Source: Octopus sinensis
Lineage: Eukaryota
Assembly (NCBI RefSeq): GCF_006345805.1
Contig: NC_043006.1
Span: 37,324,001-37,388,000, forward strand
Direction of reading: 5' to 3'
Length of the DNA stretch: 64,000 bases
Under the pieces are notes generated by a model. It was given only the letters and a program-made list of their open reading frames with translations, had not been told where the DNA came from and ran no database searches. The position numbers and the translations under genes were made by a program. Within the stretch, counting starts at the first letter, position 1; each line of letters opens with the position of its first letter. Shown piece by piece: positions 13,801 to 25,914 of this stretch.

Positions 13801-14306
13801 GCAATAATCATACAAAAATTACTGGTTAACGGAGATGGTAACATGCTTCGAGTGACATCACTGTAATCCATAGGATTGGATTAGTTAGATTGCTCAGCAT
13901 GTCCTCTTCACCCAACCACAGTTTGAGCTTCAGATCACACTGGTTTGATGAGTCTACTCTGCCACACTCCCTCGACAAGGCTTGGCAGAAGGGTGCAGTT
14001 TTTATACTCATATCCATCGACCCCAGTGTTCAACTGGTACTTATTTTATCGACGCCGAAAAGATGAAAGGCAAAGTCGGCCTCAACGGAATTTGGATCAG
14101 ATGGACGAACTACCACTAAGCATTTTGACATTTTGGCCAGTGTTTTAACGATTCTGCCATCTCGTTACTAACTCATAGGACAAACCATTGAATATTGGCG
14201 TGGTTAGTGGCCAGAGCTATTGATCTGTGATTCATAACTAGCCGATCGACAGACTACCCATGTACCATAGGTTTGACCTGGAGTAAACCAACTGCAATAA
14301 CAATAA

Positions 14307-14640
14307 TAACAAGAGCACTCAGAGAGCGCAAACCTCCGCCAAGGCAACACCAACGTCCTCTCAACGAAATTATTTTTAAAATGAGAATATCTGAAATAAA
14401 CTCGACTCCTCTCACAAGCGAGAATACTAAAAATGAACCCGACCGCTCTCAAAATTTAAGTAAAAAAAAAACAGGAAAGATAATCCAGAATCCTTGTCCA
14501 GTACCGGATTGATCCCAGTATCTTATTAATTCTTGCCAGTCCCGAGGTCAGACATTCCTGAAAGTTTCATCTGAATCCATCCAGCGATTCTTGAAGTATC
14601 TTGTCCACGGACAGACAAACACGATTGAAAACAATCATCC
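14307..14640 (+). mobile_element. Unclassified repeat, possibly Helentron-associated (HINE/DINE-1-like)
   Basis: Starts AACAAGAGCACTCAGAGAGCGCAAACCTCCGCCAAGG, a 5' motif I recall from such elements. The partner inverted repeat is not seen. Confidence 0.35.
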
Positions 14641-15247
14641 ACGACGACGATGAAACATCGGGAAATCATCTATGTAGACACTCGATCTGCTAGAAATAAC
14701 AGCCAGATTTCCATATCATATACTAGCGTCTTAAAAAAATGAAACAAAAGGAAGGACACGCTGGATAATATAGTTTTAGATACATATCTGGAAATAAATG
14801 ATGTTGCAGGTATGACTGTGTGGTTAAGGTAATCACTTGCAACCACGTGGTATCGAGCTCAGTGCCACGAGGTTACACCTTTGGTGGGTACTTTCTGTTG
14901 TAGCCCCAGACCTATCAATGACCTGTGAGTGTGTGTATGTATGTATGCATGCACGTATATAGAAATAAATGTAGGGATAAGCAAGTTAGGTCAATATATA
15001 AAGTATATTAAATACATGAAATACAAAAATGTATATATGTATACATATAAAAAGGTCTGACTTACACAGAATAAAAATGATAGAGAGAATTAAGAGGTTT
15101 GAGGAAAAGTATTACAAATCCAACAGCTGTTTCTAGGGGCTCGGTGATTCAAGATAATGTTTGTAGATTGATTCCATCGTAGGATGAGACGAGCCTCCGT
15201 CTTCAAGGAAGAGATCTTACATTTGAGGTCTTAAAGGAAAGAAGTTA

Positions 15248-15728
15248 AAGCCAAGAAACAATATAGTCATGTGACTAGAGGTGACTTGTACTATGTATTG
15301 CTATATTCTTTTCTTTCTTTTTATTTTTTTTTTCTTGATACTAAGATTGCAATCAATGAATTTGTGGCCAGATAAGAGAACGATATGATAAGCGTATAGC
15401 ATTTTGTGGTCTTTTAACTGCGTTTGTCAGATATAATTGTTTTTCTTAATTTTACTGCAGTTACTTTTGAATCAATTGAAGGATCTAGAAGTATGCATTA
15501 CAGCAATTATTTTAAATGTATTTTCCTGGATATATGTATATGTGCACACACACGTGTGAATGGGTAGCTGTCAGCTTAACAGTCGACCCATGCCCGAGTA
15601 CGACTGCTAATGATAATGGTGTACCTCGAGTGCCCTCACAAGCGAAGAAACTACGGATGTGGTAGTATTTCATCGTCGCAGACATTCGAAACACGCCTAC
15701 TGTCGCAACGACATAGACCACACACACA

Positions 15729-15790
<62 letters not shown>

Positions 15791-16650
15791 TACATCCACG
15801 CACATACACACACACAAGCACACACGTACGCACACTAACGTACACACACACATGTACACACACACGCATGCAAACACACACACACACTTATACGAAGAGG
15901 CTTGTGCTCTATTTCAATCTACAAAACTCCTTCCACAGAGCATTGGTCAATCCGAGCTTATAGTAAGAGATATTTGCCCTGGCTAACTCCACAACAGGAC
16001 AGGATGGATCCTGGACAGGATAAAGATAAAGTTAACCCGACTCTTTCACTGCCCTTAGTCCTACTATTTGTTTTGTGTAAATCCAGTGTACTTAGTTACG
16101 AAAATATTACGGAGGCAGATATTTCAAATTACACATTGTCACCTCCTAATACGTTTCTAGATCGCTGAGACAAGAGGGAAAACGTTTTTGAAGTTGCGCA
16201 ACCCAAGCTCAGCAAAATTAAGCATATCTACCTACAAACCACAAGTAGTACTCGATTGAACGAAGAGATGAAACCCACTTATCCATCTTTCTTGGTAGTT
16301 TCCACGCGGTTACTCGACCTGCAAAAAAAATTCAGCCAAATATTTCTCAAATACTACTTTACTGTCTTTAAAAACAAAATTATTAAATATCCAGGAAAAT
16401 ATTTTTTAAATAATTGCTGTAATGCATACTTCTAGATCCTTCAACTGATTAAAAAATAACTGCAGTAAAATTGAGAAAAACAACTATATTTGAGTAACGT
16501 ATTTCGAATACAACAAAATGCAATACGGCTGTCATATTATAATCTTAATTAGCCATTGATTGCAATCTTAGTATCAAAAAGAAAGAAAATATAGCATCGT
16601 ATAGTACAAGTCACCTCTAGTCACATGATAATATCGCTTCTTGGCTATGA
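15248..16650. repeat. Inverted pair of a roughly 280-bp AT-rich repeat
   Basis: 15248-15531 is the diverged reverse complement of 16387-16650 (shared CATGTGACTAGAGGTGACTTGTACTA and GAAGGATCTAGAAGTATGCATTACAGC). Confidence 0.85.
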
Positions 16651-17639
16651 TTTCTGTATCAAGTACTGTTATGCCACTATATTTGAACGAACAGGAAAAA
16701 ATAGACGCCCCACTTCTATCCGGTATTGATCAATCCACACACATGCGCAATAAAAGAAGCAGTGTATTGTTTAGTTGAAAGTCAGTCTTAATTGAGCTAG
16801 ATCATTATCAAAGGCGTTCCAATCGTGCCTTTTTCTTATATCTATGTTAATCAGAGCCGTCTTAAACACGAGCACACTGAGTAGTTGTCTAGGGGACCCA
16901 ATTTTGATCTCTGTATGCGGTAGGTTGCTGTCAATAAATTTATAGAATAGGGCCCAGTGCACTGATTTGCCGACTTGGAGCCTATAATATCCCTTTCTAC
17001 TATAGGCACAAGGCCGGAAATTTTGGGACGGGGGCTAATCAATTACATCGACCCCGGTGCTCAACTGGTACTGATTTCATCGATCTCGAAAGCATGAAAG
17101 GCGAGATCAGTCCTGATGGAATTTGAACTCAGAACACAAATACAGACGAAATGCTGCTAAGTACTTTGCTCGGCGTGCTAACGATTCGACCAGCTCGCTG
17201 CCTAGAATATCGCCAAGATGTCCCCGATGTTAACCGTATCATTATCACTGATCCTGGACGACCAACGATGTCCACAGACACAGTTCCTTCCTCCATACAA
17301 AACCAATAAAAATGACTACATTATTCAATACACCCAGGTTTCTTCTGTGTCTTATTCTTAAATACAAAGACATGTATTTCCTAAACATTTTATGGTTGTG
17401 TACGTGAAAGTGAACCGTATTTTAATAGGTTATATAAATTGCGTCACAGGCTCGATCAGCTGAAAAACAATTCTTGCTGAAGAATGGCAATGGATCACTG
17501 TCAGTCTAAACAATGAGCTTTCAGTTGTTTGATCAACAGAAAAACATAGAACGATTGTAAGAATGAGAATGATCTTCACCGTAAAAGACATAAAACACTG
17601 TACTTAAAACTGAAACGAGTAAACTGATTCGTTCAACCA

Positions 17640-18035
17640 GGTGTCTTCTACGAAGCAGAAACTTGGACAATTTACAAAACAATGGGAAAGAATATGGGTG
17701 CTTTTGAGGGGTGGATCTTTCGCAGTTTGGGCAAGAATAAGATGGAGAGACAAGATAACAGACGCTTCAGTGCTAGAAAAATTGAAACCTACTGTCGAGA
17801 ATCAAGTCCGCAAAGTTTTCATATTTTGGACATACAATATACCACGAGTCATTGCTAATGACCATCCTGACATGAAATGCGGAGAGGAAGAGGGTAAGGG
17901 GTTGTCAAAGATGTTTGTGGATTGATGGCATTAAAGAATGGAAGGGAAACCTGATTGTATAAAATGCAGCACAACGCAGGGAACTGGAGAGTTTTGGCAA
18001 GCTGGTTCCTGCGCACGGAGAGGGCCTTGATTGAT
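17640..18035 (+). mobile_element. RTE-clade LINE 3' fragment
   Basis: Across frameshifts: YEAETWT, AFEGWIFR, W.DKITDASVL, FGH and W.DGIKEW. Confidence 0.78.
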
Positions 18036-18715
18036 GGCTGTTGCCTGTTGCTGTTGTAGTGTGCAGGTATGGAAATTAATTGATCAACAGTTTAAGGAAC
18101 CCATCAATTAAGGCCGCAAATTAGTGGGATCGTTAGGAATAAATACCTTGCGGTATTTATTACTGCTCTTCGTGAATTTAAAATATATACGAGTTTAAGT
18201 CCTGTCGAGGCCAACGTAACCTTTTATCCTTCCAGTCTCGATGAAATACTGTACCACTCAGGTACTGGGGTCGCTTTATTCGAATAACTCATCCACCAAA
18301 CACACACCACACACACACACACACATTATTGTGACCTCGTGACTAGGCTAAGAATCGTTATTATTTTTCTTGAGCATGTGAATACATGTGACCATGGATG
18401 AAATTTGCTGAGCCTAAAAATGCATGGAAGACAAAAAGAAAGAAAGCAAAAATATATAAATCTAGCTTGGATGGGATTTTTACTCAGAAAATAAAATGGT
18501 ACAACTACATAAATTGCTTTGGAAACTTAAGACGAATCCATGATTCACGTTTGTGTCAGGTAATTTACTGATTCCGAATACCTGATTTTCTTTCCACTAA
18601 TGAACATCAACAGTAAAGCATTTATCTTAACAAATTTAATGACCAATATCTAATTAACTACATTATTTAAATTATTTACATTTGACGGATATTTGTCCTC
18701 ATCTTGTTTGTTGTT

Positions 18716-18761
18716 AACACAACGTTTCGGCTAATATACCCTCCAGCTTTCATCAGGTGTC
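18716..18761 (-). ncRNA. Minimal type I hammerhead motif (F1)
   Basis: GACAC-CTGATGA-AAGCTG..TAGCC-GAAA-CG-TT-GTGTT. Core intact; first stem II pair is A.C. Confidence 0.7.
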
Positions 18762-18808
18762 TTGCGGAAATTTCGAAGCTGGGTTCTCATTCCTAAGGTA
18801 CTTTTCGA

Positions 18809-18849
<41 letters not shown>

Positions 18850-19101
18850 TATTATTATTATTATTAATCAGCTCACTGCCTGGAATCGAGTTCGGAATAT
18901 TGGGGTTAGTAAACCGCACTCTTAACCACTACGCCATATGTTCGTGGGCTACTAACCCCCAAGATTCCGAGTTCTATTCTAGACAGTGACCTGAATAATA
19001 ATAACAACAACAGCAACAACAACAATAATGATGATGATGATGATAATAATAACATCGAAAAATACCTTAGGAATGAGAATCCAGGTTCGAAATTTCCCCA
19101 A

Positions 19102-19147
19102 GACACCTGATGAAGGCTGGAGGGTATATCAGCGGAAACGTTATGTT
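19102..19147 (+). ncRNA. Minimal type I hammerhead motif (F1)
   Basis: GACAC-CTGATGA-AGGCTG..CAGCG-GAAA-CG-TT-ATGTT. Core intact, with one mismatch in each of stems I and II. Confidence 0.65.
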
Positions 19148-19369
19148 AACCACAAACAAGATGAGGACAAATATCCGTCAAATGTAAATAATGTAAATAA
19201 TGTACACAATTCCTCATCTCTTAAATATAGAACTGTATCTAATTAATTAGTTTCGTGATGAATAATGAGAAATAAATATTGCCTCGACCAGAAGCATATT
19301 ACAAGAAGATTGACCTTGTATACATGACGGTTGTGGTTGCAATTGATGTTGTTGCATCTGTTGTTGTTT

Positions 19370-20320
19370 TCTTCTTCTTCTTCTTCTTCTTCTTCTTCTT
19401 CTTCTTCTTCTTCTTCTTCTTCTTCTTCTTCTTCTTCTTCTTCCAATCAGCACTCAGGCCATTAGCCAAAAAGAATAATCTCTAATTCGAGCCTACTCTA
19501 AGCTACTAAGAATGCGTGTGGCAACTTGAACATCCACCCACCACACGCGATAGACTGGCGGTTGCACGGGCGCGAAAGCTACGTTGTTATCCTCATTCCG
19601 TAAACGGTGGCTTTTAACGGGTGGAGAGCTGAACCATCCTGGGGTACAGAGGATTCGCAATCTAGACTAGGGTCTGAAAGTTTACCACACCATAGTGGGT
19701 TACACCATGGTTCCTCTGCTTTGTAGAATAAATAGGAAGAAAGAGTGAGAGAAAGTTGTGGTGAAGGAGTACAGCGGGGTTCACCACCCTCCCCCGCCGG
19801 AGGTTCGTCGAGCTTAGGTGTTTTTGTTCAATAAACACTCACAGTGCCTGGTCTGGGAATCGAAACTGCGTTCTTACGACCGCGAGTCCGCTGCCCTAAC
19901 CACTGGGCCATTGCGCCTCCACGGCAGGTGTTGTTGTATTGAAGAAACGTGGTCTAGCGGTACTGACTATCGTAGTTTCGATTCCCAGATCTCGCGGTAC
20001 GTTGTGTTTTTGTTTTTAGCAAAAGACTTCTCTATACGTTGCGCCAGTCCACGCAGCTGTAGATGAGGAACCCTGCAACGGACTGGCTTCCCGTTCCTTC
20101 ATTTGTACGCCATGGAAACCGAGTCATTTTCTACCTGTCCCTATCATCTCTTTTTCCTATCACCACTGGACCGAAGTTTTTCTCTTCGCATGGAAAAAAA
20201 ACAAAGCTTAGAGTAGGCTCGAATTAGAGATTATTCTTTGTGGCTAAATGGCGTGAGTCCTGATTGGAAGAAGAAGAAGAAGAAGAAGAAGAAGAAGAAG
20301 AAGAAGAAGAAGAAGGAGGA
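19370..20320. repeat. Inverted pair of a 66-bp sequence with (GAA)n tails pointing outward
   Basis: (TTC)n plus 19440-19504 is the reverse complement of 20205-20270 plus (GAA)n. A tRNA-type SINE head lies between them (about 19850-19922, -). Confidence 0.85.
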
Positions 20321-21324
20321 GGAGGAGGAGGAGGAGGAGAAGAAGAAGACAACACCTGCCTGGCCCATGGATACCTTTGGTCTCTCATCCATAGAAGCAA
20401 CGAGAGAATCCTATGAGTCACGGTTTTAAAAGAAAACAACAACATCTCTTATAATTAGCACTCCGTCGGTTACGACGATGAGTTCCATTTGATCCGATCA
20501 ACGGAATAGCCAGCTCGTTATATTAAAGAGCAAGTGGCTGAGTACTCCACAGATATGCGCGTCCTTAACGTAGTTCTAAGGGAGATTCAGCTTGATACAG
20601 AATGTGACAAGGCTGGCCATTCCAAATACAGGTACATCTCATTTTTGCACCAGCTGAGGGGACTGGAGCAACATGATATGAAGTGTCTTGCTCAGGGACA
20701 CAACGCGTCGCCGGAAATCGAACTCATGACCCTACGATCGTAAGCTAAATTCCTAACCACTAAACCACGCGCCTTTACATTCCTTATAATTGAATAATAA
20801 ATGTCATTTCTGATACCGTATCTGGATAAGGCTAGTTGGTCATGCTTGGAATACGACTGATCGCCGGTTAGCTGGAGCTTATTTGAATTAGGGCTAAACA
20901 AAAACGAGTACAACAACAGAAAACTAACTTTCCACGAAATGATGAAGAATACATCTGTCTGGTCAATTGATCAGTTTGAAATAATAGCCAAATCACCCTC
21001 AAATCATAACCTACCGTCTTAGATTAAGAAAGACATATTGGATAGTGTGAACCGATGGTTTTTTTTCTCTTCGCACTGACAAAAAGAAAAAAAAAGGGAT
21101 GGTCACGGTTGGAATAGTTATTTATAATAGTCTGCTCTATGATGAGAGATGAACTGATGCTATACAACAAAAGCAATACCACTCCTACGTAACACTTGCT
21201 AGAAATAGTAGCCAAATGTGCTTCAAATCACACGCTATCATCTTACAAATAGAAAAAAAAACAATTGAGCGTGTAAGCTTGGATTACACAATACATACAT
21301 ACATACATCACACTTATGTATGTA

Positions 21325-21354
<30 letters not shown>

Positions 21355-21356
<2 letters not shown>

Positions 21357-21704
21357 GGCGTAGGAGTGGCTGTGTGGTAAATAGCTTGCTTACCAACCAC
21401 ATGGTTCCAGGTTCAGTCCCACTCCGTGGCACCTTGGGCAAGTGTCTTCTACTGTAGCCTCGGGTCGACCAAAGCCTTGTGAGTGGATTTGGTAGATGGA
21501 AACTGAAAGACTCCCGTCGTATATATGTATATTTATGTGTGTGGGTATGGGTGCGTGTATATGCTTGTGTGTCTGTGTTTGTCCCTGCCCACCCCCAACA
21601 TCGCTTGACAACCGATGCTGGTGTGTTTACGTCCTTGTAACTTAGCGGTTCGGCAAAAGAGATCCATAGAATAAGTACTAGGCTTACAAAGATATATATT
21701 ATTG

Positions 21705-21738
<34 letters not shown>

Positions 21739-21900
21739 ATATTGGTGTGTTTATGTCCCCGTAACCTAGCGGTTCGGCCAAAGAGGCCGATAGAATAAGT
21801 ACTAGGCTTACAAAGAATAAGCCCTTGGCTCGATTTGTCCGACAAAAAGGTGGTGCTCCAGCATGGCCGCAGTCAAATGACTGAAACAGATCAAAGAATA
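21355..21900 (-). mobile_element. tRNA-derived CORE-like SINE family B with internal (TA)n(TG)n (representative copy; head reads on +)
   Basis: Head GGAGTGGCTGTGTGGTAA..GGTTCAGTCCC, CORE-like ACCTTGGGCAAGTGTCTT, an internal microsatellite and a conserved 3' part. Others at about 6545, 7130-7770, 22590, 28308, 29595, 32690-33765 (several), 35035, 46080, 56800 and 61468. Confidence 0.8.
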
Positions 21901-22163
21901 CATATTGTCTCAGACATATAAGGAAAGAGAGAAACTAGATTAGCAAAAGCTTTAATGACAGTTATTGCATGACGAGGGGGTGGGGCCTGCCTAGGGTTAA
22001 GCACAATAATAGCAACGAGGAAGATCCATAGTACAACAGCCACGCATCATTAATACATAAATACAGCAGCACTATATCACTACCACCGTACTACTAGCAC
22101 TCCTACTACCACTCCTCAATACATCGTACCATCTCTATTTCGTCACAATTCCTCTCACGACAT

Positions 22164-22178
22164 CGTTGCTAGGCAACG
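22164..22178. promoter_or_regulatory. RFX X-box-like palindrome
   Basis: CGTTGCTAGGCAACG fits the GTTGC(C/T)..GGCAAC consensus and lies in non-repeat-looking sequence. No linked gene identified. Confidence 0.35.
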
Positions 22179-22200
22179 CAGTTATCATGCTGTTCGGAAA

Positions 22201-22238
<38 letters not shown>

Positions 22239-23570
22239 GCACACACGCATACGCATTGTCACGCGTGCGCTTACACTCACATACATGTACACACACAGAC
22301 ACAGACACAGACACACACACACACGCACAGTCACGCGTGCGCTTACACTCACACACAGAGGCACATACACACACAGAGAGACACACGCACTCACACACAC
22401 ACACATTCAGAGGCATACACAAAGTCACGCGTGCGCTTACACACACACACATATACATGCGCACACATATACACGCGAGTACTCTATATGTGTATGTATA
22501 ATTCGGTATATGTTTACCCATACGCACTCACGCGCATGCACGCGCGCACAGTGTGTGTGTGTATGTGTGTGTGTGCATATATACTTTTATTCTTTTACTT
22601 GTTTCAGTCATTTGACTGCGGCCATGCTGGAGCACCGCCTTAAAGGGTTTTAGCCGAAGAAATCGACCTCAGAACTTATTCTTTTGTAAGCCTTGTACTT
22701 ATTTAATCAGTCTCCTTCGCCGAATCGTTGGTTAAGGGGACGTAAACCCGCCAACATCGGCTATCAAGGGGTGGGGGTGGGGGGCAAACACACACACACA
22801 CACACATATATGACGAGCTTCTTTCAGTTTCCGTCTACCAAATCCACTCACAAGGCTTTGCTTGTCCCGAGGCTATAATAGAAGACAGTTGTCCAAGGTG
22901 CCACACAGTGGGACTGAACCCGGAACCATGTGGTTAGGAAACAAGCTTCTTACCACATAGCCACTCCTGCGCCTAGCAGCCGTATGTATGTATGTATGTA
23001 TGTATGTATGTATGTGTGTGTATTATGTGTACGTATAATTGTGTATGTGCATACCATGTCATGGTGTGTGTGTGTGTGTATGTGTATATATATATATATA
23101 ATATGTACTTATATTTATGCATGCACACATATGATTATGTATATATACAATTATAAGTGTAAGTATATACATGTGTATACATATGTATATATATGCATGT
23201 ATATAAGTGTATATATGTATGTGTGTATGTTCGTGTGCGTGTGTCTGTTTGTATGTGTGTATGTGTGTCTGCGCATATGTCTGTGTGTGTGCGCGCGCGT
23301 ATAAATTTGTGTGGATGTATTCGCGTGCATGTATATTGACATATTCTTTAAAGGTGTCGCGAAAGGTTTGGTTGGGGGCTGAACCTTCCGTTTTATTTTT
23401 TTTTTTTACAGGGCTTAGAAAAGCTGAAGGATCGCTGCAACAAGTGTGTGACCCTGAGAGGGGAACATGCTGAAAATGTCGAAAAAAAGTCATAATTAAA
23501 CTGACTCTCTTGTATTTTCTTTTAGCCAAAGCCGGGAGCTTTTCAACAACCTCTTTTGTGTGTGTGTGTG

Positions 23571-23618
<48 letters not shown>

Positions 23619-23894
23619 TGTGAGTATGCGTGTATATTATTGGTGCCCCAGCATGGCCGCAGCCTTCGCGCTAAAACATTTTAAAGGATTTTAAGGATTT
23701 AAGGATGTGTTTATATATATGTATATATATACATATATATTTATATATATATAATATATATATAATATATATTTTACACACACACACACACACACATATA
23801 TATTATGTATGTTATATATATATACACACATATTATTTATATCATATATATATATATAATATATATATATATTATATATATATATATATATTAT

Positions 23895-23954
<60 letters not shown>

Positions 23955-24499
23955 ATACGCGGGGTGGTAGAAAAGTTCTTCGCATTAACGGTGTCGCGAA
24001 AGGCCTGGGTTGGAGGCCCAAACTTCCGAGTTCTTTTTGCAGGGCTTAGAAAAACTGAAGGACCGCTGCGATAATATGTGTGAATCTGAGGGAGGGAATA
24101 TGTTGATTAAAATCATAACAAACTGATCCTCCTGTATTTTCTTTTAGTTAAAGCCTGGGACAATTCCGCGTCCCCTCGTACATACGATTGGCCTGGAGGA
24201 TAAACCTACGTGCATATGAATCAGGATATATATATGTGTTTGTGTCCATTTTCGTGTGTATGTGTGTATATATATATTTGTGTGGGCGTATTTCTGAGCG
24301 TATGTGTATATGTACGCGTGTCTATATGCAAATATACGGATATCTGCGTGTGTGCGTGAGTGTGTGCGAGTGTGTGCGTGAGTGTATGGGTATGTATATT
24401 TGGATTCTGTTCGGTATAGGTGTATGCGTGTTCGAGTCTATGTGCATGCGCAATGTGTATATGTATGCAAGTACTATACAGGCGTTTGTATGTGTATAA

Positions 24500-24702
24500 C
24501 AGACGAATGTGGGTAAGTGTATACATCTATGAGTGTAGGCGGTGTTCTCATATATATATATTTATATATATATATACACACATACATATACTATATATAC
24601 ATTCATATACATATATATATATGTATGTATATATACATACGCGTGTGTGTATATGTAAGACTGTGTATGCGTTTTGTATCCGTGCCAGTTTTTGTGTGCG
24701 TG

Positions 24703-24737
<35 letters not shown>

Positions 24738-24867
24738 TGAAAATGCGTGTACATCTATTTTTGTGCGTGGGTGTATGTGTGTATATGCTTGTGTATGTGT
24801 GCATGCGTATGTGTGTGTGTGTACGTGTGTGTGTTCAGTTCACAATAATCTAACAGCGATCTAGTTA

Positions 24868-24903
<36 letters not shown>

Positions 24904-24941
24904 TGTATGTATGTATGTATGTATGTATGTATATATGTGTG

Positions 24942-24978
<37 letters not shown>

Positions 24979-25057
24979 GTTGTATGTATGTGTGTATGTA
25001 TATATATATAATATATATATATATATATAAATGTATGTATGTATGTATGTATGTGTG

Positions 25058-25096
<39 letters not shown>

Positions 25097-25393
25097 GCAT
25101 GTATGTATGTATGTATTTACATATACACACACCAGTGTGGTACCTAATGATCGATTTTTGTTGACCATTTCATGTCTTTGATCTGTTGTCATGTTATTTG
25201 ATGCCTCGTGTGGTTATCGATCACATATATGGGCGTTGTGGAGGGTTGTGGTGTTAGCGGTGGTCGTCATTTTGATGGGCGTGGTGATAGTGATTATAGT
25301 GACGGCAATGTAATACATTCACACACACATATATATATATGTGTGTGTGTGTGTATGGATATGTATGCAATATATATATATATATATACATAT

Positions 25394-25442
<49 letters not shown>

Positions 25443-25870
25443 CATACATATATATTCATACATACATACATGTATATATCGTATATATATACATCATTAA
25501 ATATATATATACATATATATGTGTGTGTGTATGTATGTATGTATGTATGTATGCATGCATGTATGTATGTATGTATGTATGTATGTATGTATGTATGTAT
25601 GTATGTATGTATGTATGTATGTATGTAGTATATATGTATGTATATATGTATGTTATTTTTCAGTTTTATTTCAGGATTTTTTGCCAACAGAGAAAGCGCG
25701 GGTTTCTAACCTTCATTGGAATTTCAACATCAACAACTGGGTATTTTTGTATGTATGTATGTATGTATGTATGTATGTATGTATGTATGTATGTATGTGT
25801 GTGTGTGCGTGCGTGTGTGTGTGTGTGTGTGTGCGCGCAGATTTGTATGTTTTGCTTTATGTATGTATTT
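24500..25870. repeat. Compound microsatellite field (TA, TG, TATG); representative of many such fields
   Basis: Direct reading. Similar fields at about 110-720, 6920-7080, 22200-23300, 23700-23960, 49960-50400, 55080-55650 and 60920-61270. Confidence 0.95.
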
Positions 25871-25914
25871 TCTTGCATATAGTTGCATATCTAGACATGC
25901 TCATATATACTTAA

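Larger units (their letters stand above)
18658..19235. mobile_element. Inverted pair of tRNA-head/hammerhead SINE-like elements (family F1)
   Basis: Minus copy 18658-18944 has A and B boxes, (TAA)n and a hammerhead. The plus copy 18946-19235 is 5'-truncated. An 11-bp direct repeat TATCTAATTAA lies at 18647-18657 and 19236-19246. Confidence 0.85.

Noticed and set aside
15118-15185. Complete hammerhead on -
   Set aside because: GAAAC-AGCT-GTT is present, but the first core reads CTACGA and stem II does not pair convincingly.
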